A stretch of 63,056 nucleotides of DNA, counting the filler, from Sluysia triapertura (taxonomy: Eukaryota): assembly GCA_046118255.1 (NCBI GenBank). It is 4 parts of 4 records of this genome, joined end to end, with 100 filler letters (N's around TTAATTAATTAA, not from the genome) between each part and the next. Parts side by side here need not be neighbours in the genome. Positions count along the whole stretch, not along the records: positions 1 to 20,538 come from JBJNIA010015531.1; 3 more parts are not named here. One strand, 5' to 3'. A program made the translations under genes and the position numbers. Position 1 is the first letter of the stretch. Each line of letters begins with the position of its first letter. Positions 1 through 14,176 of this stretch are shown here, piece by piece. Below the pieces are notes generated by a model. That model saw only the letters and a list, made by a program, of their open reading frames with translations. It was not told where the DNA came from and did no database searches.

Positions 1-3000
1 CTGCACAGAACTGTAAATTTGTAAAATGTGTAAAAATTTTTGTAATATAAAATTAATTAAATTTGTAAATTAAAAAATTAAAAATCTAACTGAAATTAGT
101 AAAAATCAAATTTATTTTGTACTTTTATGAAATTAATAATTAGTCATTCAAATAACCATTGTTTAAGTGAACTTATTATTTATCTATATAAATTTATAAA
201 TATTAAACAATTATTCACATAGATTTATAAGTATTATTTATTCTATAAATCCATTGTTTATCAAAAAACTATTAAAATATCTAAAGATCTGCGTAGTTTT
301 ATAAATCTGTCATTCATTATTCATTCGCCTTTCGTAATCGTATAAATATCAGAAAATAACGAATCAAAAACATAATAACAAGAGTGTTTATAAATCTGGT
401 AATCGTTAGCGAATTTATTAAAAAGATAATTTTGAAATTCACCATGGAAACCAATTTTAAGGATTTGTTCATCACACCTAACTTTGTTCGACATTTCAAA
501 CCATCTTTAAAGAGGAATTCACGAAATCAAGCTTTTATTTTAACAAAACTTTGGATCATTTATTTACTGGAAATTTTTATTATGATGAATGAAAACCATA
601 AGTAAGCTTATTCCTAGTAAGAATTTTACATAAATAACTTTGCATCACAATAGTACTTAATTTTATTTTCAAGTTAAAATCCAATCATTCGACTGGATCA
701 AAATCCTTATTAAAATTTATATTATATATTTAGTTATTGGTTACAAAGTTCGTTAAAGAAGGTATTTTAGACAAATAAATTCAGAGAATTACATATTTAC
801 TAAAAGAAAAAATAATTCTAGTTTTGCAAACTATTAAGTTTTGAATAAAGCGGAAGATTAACCGATTTAAAAAATAAAGAGAACAATTTTGTAAACTATT
901 AAATTTTTGAATAAAGTAGAAATTTAATTTATAAAGAGAAGTAAAACTGATAAATAATTGCTATAAATAGTTACATATATATGTTACTTTTTAAAAAAAA
1001 TTATTGCGGTTCATTCATACGCATGACGTAAGCACTCATTAGGTATATTGAGCATCGAATATGAGGCACTAATTATTACTAATATAAATATCTATTGTGA
1101 CAAACTTAGATTTGAAAATAAAACTTCTTTTTTCGTTGATGCGTTAATCTAAATATGGTTTAACACGCTTTTATACATTGAGTGATATTATTATTAACTT
1201 ATTTGAAATTCTACTATAATAAAATGTCTTCAAACATTTTAATATTATACATTTTTCAATAATTTTTAAAATAAATATGGGTTAAGAAACAAAGTCTAAT
1301 TTTATTTTTGAAATGAAACGTGTTCTATATAAGAAAGCTTTTCGAAAATATGTTCGATTATTATGAAAAACGTACTATTTATGTCAGTAGCAGAAGTATT
1401 ATAAATACTTTTTTTAGCACAAACTGCAGTTTATATAATTATAATAAGTTCAAAGTAGTTATGCATTTTTGAATTTAAATTATAAGTAAATTATAAAAAT
1501 AGACCTAAAATTAAATTGAAAACGAATATTGTTAAAAAGCTGTTGTATTAAAATATAATTAAAATCTCTCTTGTAAAGCTTTTGAAAAGGAATTTTTATT
1601 GAAATTGAATTAAAAGTTATTGTTGAATTAAAAACCGTTGTTAGAAGTAATGAAAGAGAAAAGACATTATAAGTAAAAAATTATCATTCCATCCATTTAA
1701 CAATGAAAGAATAATAAAAGGTAGTTATTATTTTAGGCATTTAACATAGAAAAAATAATAAATTCACCTATAATAATATTATTTGTAAAATAGCTATTGT
1801 TGTACTAAAAAAATAATAATTAATAAAGTATTTGTTACTCCTTAATGTAAGAGTATAAAAAGGCGGTTTCCTTTTGGCAAAAATATAATTTGATGCAATT
1901 TAGCCACTCGCAGGGGTACTTGATTATCGATTATTATCCGCAAAAGGGTATAGTTTGGTTATATTATTATTGAGACGACATTACTGTAATAAATATTTGA
2001 TATTTTATCTAAGTCTCTTGTATAAAATATCAAAACTATTATGTGTAGTATTCATTAATATTTAGCAAGTCATTATTTTTCGTTTGTTTTACGATTTGAA
2101 GAAAAATTTTGTATTTAACATTTTGTGTTTAATAAAAATTTTTATATATTTCCAGTTCTAGATAACTGCATCTGTTTAACTCTTTAACAATTTTAACAAT
2201 ACTTATTGTTTTGTGTTTAATAAATACATTTTAAAATAGTTCACCTCGGTTAATTTTTAAATAAAATTTGTCTACATAGCATTACACTTCCATCTCTTCC
2301 ACCAGAGATGAGAGAACTAAATCTCCAGTTTATTGTAAGTGTTAGAATTAATAGAATTAATAGAATTAATCACAATCGGAAAAAGAATTTAAGTTTTAAA
2401 AGTAAACCTATTGTAATTTTAAAATAAAATAAATCTAATACTTTATAAGCCATCACATAATGTTTCTTAAGGTTAATTGGCAGTAATCATTTCTTAAAAA
2501 TATACTATCACTGAAATTTGATTGTAATAAACAAACAATAGTATTAAATTTAATTAATTATTATTTATAAGAAATATTTTTAAACCATTGATATTAATTT
2601 AATTTTGATACAATATATTTAAACAATATGTTATTCTACAAATCATTTATGAACAATATTGATTAAACTGAATGTATCAAATCGTAATATATTTTAAATA
2701 TACATTCATTGACAAATATATTGTTACATTAATGTATTTAAAATAATTTTGTTTGTTTGTTTGTATTGATTTTTTGACATTTCGTGATGAAATTTTAAGT
2801 TTGATGTCTTGCAAAACATATTAATTTAGAAGACTGTTTCAAATAACTCTTATTTAAACTTCGTAGCACATCATTGTCAGTAGAACACGACAGATTTCTA
2901 ATTTGAACTTTTGACAACGAAAACTAATAAAAATATTTTTAGAAGTTGTTATGCGGCTTAAAATGACTTTATATTTTAGTCATTTCGTAGAATTAAAATC

Positions 3001-3184
3001 CTTTTATTAAATCTTGTTAAACTATTATGTCGTTATTATTCTTTTATTTTTTATATTTTTATTCTTTTATTTTTTACATTTCGTCCATAATTACAAGTCT
3101 GTCAGTTAGCTCTTTATCATTTACATTTGTCATATTCCTCTTAAATTCATTTATCCATCCATAAATTGTTGATTCATGCGAGTA

Positions 3185-3463
3185 CTTAAAGGTGGTGTTT
3201 AATTTATTCTGTTTATATTTTTCGTAATACTTAAGATAATTAATAATTTTAAGTATACATTTTTATAAATATTTTTCGTTTAATCGCTATAATTGTTTAT
3301 TCCGATATCTTGAAGTTTATGCTTAAATGTGGTGTTTAATTTATTCGATTTATATTTTTCGTAATACTGTAAGATAATTTATAATTTTAAGTATACAGTT
3401 TTATAAAGATTTTTCGTTTAATCGCTATAATGGTTTATTCCGATATCTTGAAGTTTATGCTTA
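3185..3463. repeat. Tandem duplication, 2 x ~137-138 bp
   Basis: The unit cttaaa(g/t)gtggtgtttaatttattc...ccgatatcttgaagtttatg occurs twice head-to-tail with few differences. Confidence 0.9.
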
Positions 3464-4389
3464 TTATAATGGTAATATAATATCGTGAGTACATTTGATA
3501 AATAAACGAGGAAAATATGAGTGTAGTCTGAAATATGGAGCAAGTTTTAGCAAATAATTTGTTTGTCAAAACAAAAATAATTAGCAAACAGATAATAAAT
3601 AGACGTTTCAATTTTTTTAATAAAACCGCACCTATTAACTAAGCAAAGATTTAAAATTATTTTTGCGATTTAATAATTTTTAATTAAAATAGTACCCGTA
3701 TTTCAGCAGTCGTTATTTGTCGGCTTTTACGTTATTCATTACTTTCCACAAACTACTTTTTGCTGAATGTAGTTTTCTGAATTTTTCACGTGTCGAATAA
3801 TGAGTTTACAGAATGTAATTTGTAGTTTACCTCATTGTCTATTATTTTAAAACATTTATTAAAAATTATATAAAATGCATTATTACTTAAAATATTTCAT
3901 TTAAATTTGAAATTATTATTATAAAGTTTATTTATTACACAAAAAGAGGACTTAAGGGCAATTGTTAACGAAATCAAAATATCAAAATACAATAAACTAG
4001 GATCTATTGCACAGTTTCTAAAAACTTTAGAAGATTTTATCCAAAAATAATACCAACTTTATAGATCTATCGACGACTGTCTCATTGTGTGAGTCATTGT
4101 TTTTAATAGTAAGATCACGTCTTTGCCAGCTGATGAATTTGCTGCAGCTCTCATGTAAAACAATATCTTGCTATGGTTCTCAGCGCTCGCTTTGGTATAT
4201 CGTTAATGTTTTATTATCAAATATGACAATGAAGTTAGATAATTTCGAAACATTACATTTAGAAAGTGATACAAATATATAAAAAGGAATCAACGTAGAA
4301 TTTCCTTTAATTTTCATTTTAAAAATAAATTTAAAATTCAAAATGTAAATTTTTCAACACAAATAAATCAAAAGACGGTTTAACCCTAT

Positions 4390-4928
4390 TTACACTTACA
4401 CTTGAGACACTCCTTCACGTTTAGCGTTTTCAATCCGATAGTTTAGGATTTAATCATTAAAAGTGCATGATTGTTCATGTTCACGTCGTAATAAATCTTG
4501 CCGCGTAGTTGATAACTTGGCTAAGGATGCTTCAATATCGTCTAATATTTTCTAATGAAACTTAATAAATTAAATCTAACCAAGCAGGTATAACCGTGGA
4601 TTTTTCTTCAACAGATATGATGTTTTCCTCTTGAACACTGAAGAATGTGGAAAATCTAAATTCAAATAGTCCTATCAACACGAAATAGCCAAATAAGAAA
4701 ATGAATATTTCTCAAATAATTTGTAGAACATTTGGATATGACGTCACGATGTAGGCTTTGACTTGAGTTTAATTCATCTTTTTAAAAATAAGTAGCTTCA
4801 TTAATAACATGATGTGTTACCAAATATATTCCATTGATGTCAAAATTTTCGAAATGTGGAGTTTGTAATTGACCTTTTGTAACGCCTGGTTTAAATTATT
4901 CTGTTGTTTTCCATAATAATAATGTCAT
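4390..4928 (-). pseudogene. Degenerate member of the cassette-associated gene family (homologue of the N-terminal half of the 28482 gene)
   Basis: The minus strand reads KPGVTKGQLQ..HVINE..LLKKNPRLYLLG*I*FIKFH*KILDDIEASL, versus KPGKTMFQMK..LVIND..LYNTKPRLYNEHIYF..KRLDDKESNL at 28482+. It has several stops and a frameshift. Confidence 0.6.
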
Positions 4929-5049
4929 CGAATTATTTTTAAAATTACGTATTATATAGATTTTAAATTTTTCTTTTTTTAAAAGAACGAATTCATATTA
5001 TATAGCAGAATTAACAAAATCGTGTATAAAATTTAATTTGTTTAATGTT

Positions 5050-5692
5050 AGCCAGTAATAAAAAACTGCGTACAATAAACTAGATAAAAGAAATAGATGT
5101 TGCTTTATGTCCTATAACAACTGACTTAATTTGTAATTTAATATTAAAGTAATCTATAATAATTCGAATTTTACGTAAATTCCCCATAACAATACTTTAC
5201 GTATTAACAATATTTTACGTATAACAATACTTTAGGTAATTATTAAATTACAAAATAACTGTAAAGTTAGATAATAACAATAACAATAATAATAATAATG
5301 ATGTAATTTGTAATGGTGGTCGTTAGGACAAGAGCGACACAGTGCAAAAAAGAAAATCTTAATATTAACATATTTGGTCACTATGATATAGTTAATTTTT
5401 TGATTTTATCGTAAAATTTTATAGTTTGTAATTTTATGATTTGTAAATTGTATTGGATGTAGTGAATTGGTAATGCGTAAGGTGAGTTTGACGTAAAACA
5501 AATGTCTTTATTGGTGAATGATAATAAAAATTGTTACTGGTACTTGCATGTAATTTATTGTAAGTTTTGAAATATATCTTGGCTACATCAAGATGACAGT
5601 GCATTGAAATGTTTTGTATGTAAATTGTGTATGGGCTTAGGTATGAACTTATGTGTGAGTGTAAAGATATTGTGTGTGGCTGTGTCACTACA
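5050..5692 (-). mobile_element. Divergent TG-starting cassette (copy E) upstream of the 4390-4928 pseudogene
   Basis: The minus strand begins TGTAGTGACACAG at 5692, followed by a C/A-rich tract (5420-5690) and a (TAT)n tract near 5270-5300. The layout matches the other cassettes, but the hairpin was not recognised and the left boundary is approximate. Confidence 0.4.
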
Positions 5693-7054
5693 CAGAAAAT
5701 ATTTCACTCGAAAGATATTTTCATAATTTGTTTCGATGTAAAGTAGTAAATCAGTAATTATTTGATAATTTCGTAATACAGAAATTATATAAATTTAGAA
5801 ATTAAAAGAAATAACCCAAAGTTCTAGTAATCTCAGTAATTTCAAAGACAAAGCTTAAAATATTCAAAACTAAGGAAGAAATAATTTGAAAAATGCTTCT
5901 AACTTAAGAAAATAAAAATAGCATAAGAATATGAAATGGAACTTATCATACTTAATTAGCAGATAGAAAAAGTTTAGATTGCACAGAAAGACAAAAATCA
6001 AAATTTTAATGAAATTGAAATGAAAAAACGAAAACAAATGCAAGCCACCATAATTACTACGAAATGTAGCAAAAAATTAACTTATCTATAGAATACATTG
6101 ACTGTATAATTAAAATAAATTATAGAATAAATTTAGAAAATTATTACATGGTTAAATGCGACAAAAAGTACTACCTTCGTTCAAAACTGATTGTACATTT
6201 TAGTGAAAATTTTTGTTCAAAAAAATTTCGCTTTTGACAACTTTTTTATTTAATAAAATATTTTATTACAAATTGTATTATTACATATCTCGTAATTCAC
6301 TTGTTAATGTTTCTGGAAGTTTATCCTTTCTTCGCAATGCTTCCTTTCCCAATATGTGCTAGTAGATAATTATTGTCTTCTCCAGCTAACATTGAACTTT
6401 CGAAAGCTTTTTGATTTCAGTGATTTGAAGTTATTTGGACTGAAAAGAAAATAGCAGCGGTTTATTTGGTATTCAGGCAAAAATTACAAATTTCAGAAAT
6501 TGCTAGTTATTTATAAACTCCAAAAATTATTTTATGATTTTATGATTCTATTGTTCATAAACAAATGTCATCTTATATTGTTAGGTCAGCAACAAATGTC
6601 GAATGAGACAATCATTTTTGAACAGAGCTAGTACTTTATAAAGTAAGCAACACATTTTTACAACACAAAATACAAAAGAAAAATATTTCAGTCAATTTTT
6701 ACAGTTTAAAGCACATAATCACAATTGCTAAAGAGACAGCAACTACAATATAAATGTTTGTAGAAGAATATTTGACTATATATTTGTGGATAAATATTAT
6801 ACAATTATTTGTTTTTCATTCCCAGATAATCGTTAACTATTTCTAAATAAAGTAAATAGTGTTTGAGTCAACTTTAAGCACAATATTTAATAATAATAAA
6901 GCAGCAAATTTTTTAAAATAATTATTCATACTTTATATTATATGTATATATGTAATTGTATTTGTTCTCTGTTTGATTGCTATCAATTATATGTAATTTC
7001 TTGTTGAATTATACATTACTATAGAATTTGACTTCGATATCTGTTACCAGAAAT

Positions 7055-7345
7055 AACTTAGGGTTCATACGTACAATCGCCGTGAAAATTTGGGAAATTA
7101 TTAGGTGTATATCTCCGGGAAGTTTTTTGAAAATTTTTTTGTAAATCAGAGTTGAAGTTATAGATGCAACCATGGTAACTACGAATATCTATATTCAAAT
7201 GACATATATGTAGGGATAATTTTATTGTTAATTTTCATTTTGATGTATTATATATATTTGATCATTAATAAATTATGTGCAATGTATCAAAATTGTCTTT
7301 TTGTTCAGATTTTTAACACAGTAACGCGTGAACGGGTACAGCTAG
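7055..7345 (+). mobile_element. Non-autonomous Helitron-like fragment
   Basis: It ends in a GC-richer subterminal motif followed by CTAG|T (gtaacgcgtgaacgggtacagCTAGt), which resembles Helitron 3' ends. The 5' limit is uncertain. Confidence 0.4.
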
Positions 7346-8959
7346 TTTCCTATACATGAAGAGAAATTTAATAGAAATTTACGAGCACCCAAAATATAAC
7401 TATTGTAAATTTATATTGAGAATATTATTCGAATTATTTCGTTTTATCGATTTCGCAGAAGTTTTATTAAATTTAATACCTACATTTCATAAATAAAATT
7501 TTAGTCAATTTAGCTTATATTATTTGATTTTAAGGAGAGCTTGAATTTTAGCATTAATCAAACAAAACTGCACCTTCATATCTTACACCAGAGACGAGTG
7601 AACAGTAACCTCTAGTTTATTATCTTAAATTCACATAATTATCTTTAGCACACGTGAGTCAAACAAAAAGCTATTAAAACAACAATATATTTTCTAACAA
7701 TTGCATAGCTAGTAGTTGTCTTTAAACGATTATTGATTATAGTTCAAATTGTTTTATTGAAACTTGATGTTTTTTATCTCTACTCTTTATTTCAATATAC
7801 AACAGGGTTCTAAATCAATCTTTAATTAATTAATATTTACAATTAATTTAGCTTAAATGTGTGAACTTTGTAGCTCTTCATGATTTCTACTATTTTAAAT
7901 CTTGCTTTCACATTTATTACTTTAAGAAAAAAAGATATATCCTTTGGTATTCAACAATGTGTATTTTTATAATTTAATGCATGTTTAGTTGGTATATTCA
8001 AATATTCACAATTAATATTTAATCAATTCAAACAATTAATTATAACTAATGATACACTAAAATGTAAAATATGATGCTGCGGCTTCTTAACATGTAACAT
8101 GCAACAAAATAAAATCAAGCAGGGTCCGGTTACAGTAAACGACTATAACAATAAGTTGACAAATCTTTAACTTAGTATAATCTCTATACACTTATAAAAT
8201 TTTATGTACGTATGTAATTTCAATATTTATTCTTTTGAGAGTCTAAAACTAAGTGCTCCTTCTAAATTTAATCAATTTCAACTACCTAAATATATTTAAT
8301 ATGATTTCACTTACGTATTTTATCCTAATACACCAATACAAGATTTTATATCTATCTTTTTAAATAAAACAACAATGTTACTTAGTTAAATTCTACAAAA
8401 ATGTCTATACTACATCGAAAATGTTCTAATTAATAAGTTAGAAAAAACAGATATAATAGTAAAACAACAAATTTAACTTTAAAATTAAAACCAATGAGGG
8501 TCTTTAATTTTATGATACAAATACAACTTCAAGTGGATTTTATTCCTCAATAAATCAGGGATATTAATCTCAAAAAATTAAAGTAACTTACAAAATTCAT
8601 GGAATTGAGAAACTTCACTAAATTAAGTGAATTCCGACCAGAGGATGCTGAATGATGAGATTAGTTGATACCATTGATAGTCTTGTACTAAATTTGTCGA
8701 ATAATTGATAATGTTTTACTGTTGAGCTCTCAAATTTACCCAAAATGGCTTTTGATTATTGTATTGAAATAATGGCGGCTTTGTAACTCACCTATAACTA
8801 TTTAAATAGGCTAACAGCCAATCAAAAGCGAATTTTCGTTTTTGGAAAATAGGATTTATAAATGATTTTAGAGGATTATGATGGCAACATTAATTTTGAC
8901 TTATTTATTTGCAACTTTTATACATTTTATGAAAATTATAATAAAAATAATATTTTTAG

Positions 8960-9082
8960 TGTGCCAGAACAATTGTTCTAGTCACGGTCGATGCAATTCT
9001 GTCACAAAATTCTGTGAATGTGATACTTTCTGGATGAGTAGTTTGTACAGAGAACGGTTTGGAGATGGACGGCCAAATTGTG
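8960..9082 (+). CDS. KIAA0319L: Internal exon of KIAA0319/KIAA0319L (AAVR)-like membrane protein, juxtamembrane EGF-like region
   Basis: The acceptor is tttttag and the donor G|GTTAGT. The exon encodes CQNNCSSHGRCNSVTKFCECDTFWMSSLYRERFGDGRPNC, matching the family motif CSGHGxCxxxTKxCxCxxxWM...DGESNC. Confidence 0.8.
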
Positions 9083-9623
9083 GTTAGTATTTTTGTGATT
9101 TTTTAAAGTAAATTTAGCTATCATATTCATATCAATATATTATTTTATATGCAAATTATATCATTTGCTCTTATTTTGAAAAAAATGGTATTTTAATTTT
9201 TTAAAGGAAATCGTTTTTGATTGATCTAATTTTTATAAAATTTTCAATACTTTTTGTTATTAATCTTTAGAGTAATTTTGTCCTTAGCTTATGCAAATTC
9301 TCATAATTTTTTTGCAGACAATATTTAAAAAACAATGCGATTCTAAAATATCAAATACAAAACATAATACATTATAAAACAATTAACAATATCATATTAT
9401 CGCCAATATTAAACTTGCAAGCAGTTTAAATAGCGGCAGATCTTAATCATAGTTTTATAAGGGATTTTATCAGAAAACTACTGAGTGATGTGATTATTTC
9501 TCGATGCTTAGAAATGAAACACTGCCAATTTGTTACTTTCCAGGTATTTAAAAACATCATTAAATTTTATCTAAATACGTAAGTATACAATACTTCCTGT
9601 TTTTTGAATTCTTTTTTCTATTC

Positions 9624-10226
9624 CAGGGATGGCGAACCAATGGCACGCGTGCCACAAGTAGCACGTTTGAAAGTTTTGATGGTAGCACAAAAAGAAAATT
9701 ATTTTTTTTATAAGTTATCTTTTTTGAATTAAAAATTATTAATCTACACTTAATTTATAATTTATGATATAAATTTGGAGTACTGAATACCTATTTTAGT
9801 ATGTTAATTATACATTTTATTATTAAAATATTGCATGAATTCTCTCGAAGTATATAAAGATACGCATTATATAAAATTTTTAGCGTATCCAGTTTCGCCT
9901 ATTAATGTTATTGCATGTTGTCGAATCAGACGACAGACTGCATTAGTCATTTTTAGTGAACAGTCGTCTTTGACGGATTAGTCGAGCTCTGCATGCGTAT
10001 TGTTGAAATTAACTAAATATGAATCAGATATTAAATCTTTATCATCTGTGTACAGCAACAATAATCACATTAAAACATTGATTAATAAAAAAATGTTTAA
10101 CGAAGAATTGCTATTATTTGTTTATTTAATTAGTTTCACTAGGCTAACATTTCGAATGAAATTTAATTGTGGCACGTTACCTATTTAAAAAAGAATTTTT
10201 TTGACTTTGTTGCACAACCATCCCTG
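9624..10226 (+). mobile_element. Internally deleted hAT (Buster/Charlie, OposCharlie1-like) DNA transposon
   Basis: Termini are CAGGGATGG...CCATCCCTG and the left end reads CAGGGATGGCGAACCAATGGCACGCGTGCC. A transposase C-terminal remnant (RLTD..SSACVLLKLTKYESDIKSLSS..QQQ*SH*) lies at ~9965-10073. Both 8-bp flanks have TA at positions 4-5 but are not identical. Confidence 0.85.
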
Positions 10227-11199
10227 TGATAGAATAATAATAAAATCTAGGCATTTGTGAATTATAAATTTAGTACTGTGTTCCGGGACAGGAACAAAAC
10301 AAAGAAACTATGTAACACATTGATAATCAAATGAAATGTTTCACCATTGGCTGTAATAAATGTTTCATAAATTTCGACTCATCACTTCAAATAAATGTAT
10401 TAATCATAAACAACTGATTATGAAAAACACGAATCATTGTCTATCTTGATTGTTGCGAAAACTTATATTTGTACTTTAATTTGATAATTTTAATCTAATA
10501 ATTTAAATTTCGCGCCATTTAAATAATGATACAAATAAACAAAAGTTTTGCAAATAAATAATGTTTAAGAATATTAATAAAAAATATAATTATCAAAATA
10601 TAATAACAATTATAAAAATAATTATAAAAATATAATTTAATATAGATCTGATTATATAAGTAAGATTATTTAATCAATTTAAAGTTTATATTTTTTTAAT
10701 TTATTTTAATTTTACGTACAGTTTTTTCGTATTAATTAGATGTTCAGTTAAAATTACGCTTGTTATAAATATTATTATGCCTTTTGATCATCGTAAACGA
10801 AACGCAACAAAATCGCAAATCAAAAACTATGTTTACAATTCAAATAAGCAAATATGAGCATTTTGAAAAGAAAACGAAACAATCAAAAATAAAAACGAAG
10901 CAAAAAAAGAGAGAGAAGAAACAGTGATAGAAGATGACGCTTATATAAAGAATCAATGTTGAAGTAAATAAATCAACAAATAATCATTCATTTTGAAAAG
11001 TAAACAATTTTATTTTGTTTACCTTAATTTTTTGAATTTTATAAATAAAACATGCTATAACAACAATTGTTGTTTTACTTTTCTTTTGTATGAAGTCATC
11101 TTGAGAATCGATTAAGAAATTACTTTAACGATGTCAAAAATTGAATCTTAATTCAATAAATAATATTAGTAAACAAGTAAACAGAGAGTTGCATCGTTA

Positions 11200-11200
<1 letters not shown>

Positions 11201-11266
<66 letters not shown>
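11201..11266. repeat. (AAT)n microsatellite
   Basis: About 22 perfect TAA repeats. Confidence 0.95.
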
Positions 11267-11267
<1 letters not shown>

Positions 11268-11360
11268 TTTGTTAAATAAATAATAAATATTACTCTCTCT
11301 TGAATATTTGCATTTGTAGTTTGTTAATAAATTTTAATTACTTATAATTTATATTAATTC

Positions 11361-12110
11361 TCATTTAAGATAATTTTTGTCAATTATCACATCATTCTCT
11401 CTATTCTCTCTATCCACACTTTTTCCATTGTTCCTTGTTCTGTCAATTACCAACGTAGTTTCTCTTAGATACATTAAATAAAATGGTAATTCTTGTGTCG
11501 CTTCATAAATAAATATTTTTGTAACAAATAAACAAAATGATATAAATTCATCCCAATCAGTTTGATGATCATTAGTACAACTTGACATCTGCATGAATAC
11601 ATCACGTTCTGGGTGATAGGTGACCTTGTACATTTATTTATTTTGAAAAATTTACAAATTTCTACTCTCTTAATTCGCTTGTAAAATTAGTAATTAGAAG
11701 AAATTATTTATTCCGCAAGTATCACTGCTACTGTTGCAGCTCTTTCATCTCTCATCAATTTTTTTCTAGTCATTTTGTAAAATAATCTGAAAATACTGTC
11801 CCAATAATATCGTTCTTTCTAGTAGATAAAGTTTTCTTGGAGAATAAATTATATTCAAAAAATAGTTTGTTGTACGAAATTTTTTCGTAGTCATATTAAT
11901 GTCTTTCTATATTTATAACTTACTACATAATATGGTTTCTCAGTAGATTTTTCAAATAATTCATTGCTTTGAATTATTTTAGAGATATTTTCAAGAAATA
12001 GTATTATATTAGAAATAGTGTTACAAGACTTAACCACGATGTCGGTACATTCGAGTAGATTTTGTGCTGCTTCTGTGTAGTCTTTAGATGTAAAACATAT
12101 TTATTCTTAT
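11361..12110 (-). pseudogene. Degenerate ORF of unknown function, weakly similar to the 56382 ORF N-terminus
   Basis: SKDYTEAAQNLLECTD...NIILFLENISKII versus SKDLFLEFSNEMEVMD...NKLCLLQIIISSI. The region has stops and frameshifts and includes the 90-aa ORF 11361-11633. Confidence 0.35.
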
Positions 12111-12559
12111 ATAAATATGAAACATTGCTTTTATAATTTGAAAAACAAATCTCAATAAAATAAACTTTAAATATACTTCTTATTTTAAGTTTCAAGCGAA
12201 AAAAAAACAAAATCTACGGACTAAAAAACATTGTAAAGTTGAAAAAAGTGATGAGGTTTTATTAAAATGGAAATGATTCTTTTTTTGATAAGTAGCATTT
12301 AGATTACCTTTTAGATATGTCCTTATTATTAGACGTATTAAGTTGTTTAAAATTGGATGTTAATCCTTTGGTCTGAGATGGCCATATAGTGGCACATTTA
12401 GATTGCGGACCTTCTTTACAAATTTGTGCGAAGGATTTGTTAAGATTTACTTTATATTGCGCAAATTGCGATTTAATGTTATGTCCGATTCATTATACCA
12501 TTTTATTGTTTTAGTTTTACCCTGATTTTTATTCGTGGCGTAATTCAAAGGCGAGGCTA

Positions 12560-13498
12560 GAGTGGTAGCAAACCCATAACTCAAAATTTTATAAGGTTTA
12601 TGAACAGGAGTTGTCCAGATGAAAGGTATTGTGTTGTAATTCGATTGTGAAGATTTTTGTGTAAAAGGTTTTTTCCATTTTATTCTTGTGAGAAAATCTG
12701 TTATTTGCTTGGGATTGTAAGAATTGTGTTGCGTTATTTGTTGACTGTACGATGATGTTATTGTGTGAATATGTATCGGTGTTTTTGTTATTCTTTAGGT
12801 TTTGAGATGATTCAATGTTATTACGTGAGTTTGGTTTATGTTTAGTGCATAATTCACTACGTGGAGGTATAAAGTTTACTAGATTATTCTGTAACTGCAG
12901 AGTAACGTGTTTATTTCTTTTATCTTTGTTGTCACCTGTTTGCAGCAAAATGTATCTGGATATTTTGTGGTTTTATGGATGTAGTGGTCGTGTTTTGTTG
13001 AACATTATCGAAATGAAAACTGTTGTTATGATTTATGAAATTGATAGATGGAAGTGAATGTGGTTATTTTGTTGTGTTTAAGAACTTTATGTTTAATGTT
13101 ATATACATTTGGTATTTTCTGTGTGATTGATAACATTATTATTGTTGAAAAATAATCTTTAAGTACTGTTTTAATAATATTTTTACAGATATTTACATTT
13201 TTACATATAATTTTATTCGTATTTATATAATTATCGACAAAAATGAATTTATTATATACAAATTTAATATTTTCGTGATTATTTTTATAAACAATGTTAT
13301 GATTATTTACATTTTTTGTTAGATTTATATATATTTTCAGAAGTATTTTTATAGTTTATCAAATTTATATTTTTCAATTTCAAAATGGGATTTCTAAGAA
13401 AAATGGTAACGTCAAACTTCTCAACATGTTCAGGATGTAAATAGGTTCCTTTGAACTCCCGACACCATTTATTTTGTGTATAGATGTTGGCCACCACA
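12560..13498 (-). mobile_element. Cassette copy F (TGTGGTGGCCAAC start and C/A-rich tract)
   Basis: The exact start motif TGTGGTGGCCAAC is at 13498 on the minus strand, and a strongly strand-asymmetric tract spans 12560-13130. Confidence 0.4.
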
Positions 13499-13744
13499 CA
13501 CAGAAATATAACTTCACTATCGTGTGTATTTAAAATGAGTATCATTCTCTAGTTAAAATGAGAGTTACAAAAGCGCTGTTCGTTAAAGAGTGATACTGAT
13601 AAGGAAATAATTAATGTGCGATTATTAATCGAATTTTTAACAAATTAATAATAGTTTTAACTTTTGAAAACTAGTTTTTTTATATGCGCACTTGAATTTA
13701 CTTTAATTATGAATTGTAAATTATTGTTGTTGCCGCCGTTATAT

Positions 13745-14176
13745 GAAACTATTTGTACTACAAAGACTTTTTGATGTTTGGCGAATGATATATACCATTA
13801 GAAAGCCCGTGCTATGCTCTACAAGATTAAAGTAATCGTTTTTGCCTATATTATAATTTATCTTCGTTAGAATCGTCCCATTCATCGACAAAAAATCGCA
13901 TTTCGACACTTCCTTTAATCGAGGTCAAAAAGCGAGAGATATTTATGCCATGTATGGAGAGGACACTATGGATGTAGAACTGCTCGGGATTGGTTTTCCA
14001 GGCTCAAACACAATAATTTCTACCTCAACAAAGCTCCTCGTTCCAGAAGACCAATCGAGATGGAAGATGGCCGCCACACATGCAGAGAATTGTGGTTTTG
14101 CCATAATTTAACACCACCTTTAATTTCTTTCAAAATCAATGTTTAAAAAACAGCGAGAACTTATGCAACAACCCAA
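13745..14176 (+). mobile_element. Mariner remnant with degenerate transposase N-terminus and right TIR
   Basis: It reads HFRH..FNRGQK..RDIYAMYGEDT..RTARDWFSRLKHNNFYLNKAPRSRRPIE, a mariner HTH region. It ends gaacttatgcaacaacccaa|TA, a mariner-type TIR with TA. Confidence 0.8.

Noticed and set aside
4440-4600. In-frame TAA/TAG within coding-like sequence (also 28994) suggesting stop-codon reassignment
   Set aside because: Conserved host exons contain no internal stops and the SH2 gene ends at TAG. The same regions also carry frameshifts, so these are pseudogenes.
3186-14123. 14-bp inverted match TTAAAGGTGGTGTT / AACACCACCTTTAA as termini of an 11-kb TTAA-target element
   Set aside because: The right-hand match lies inside the mariner remnant and is short and AT-rich, so it is likely coincidence.
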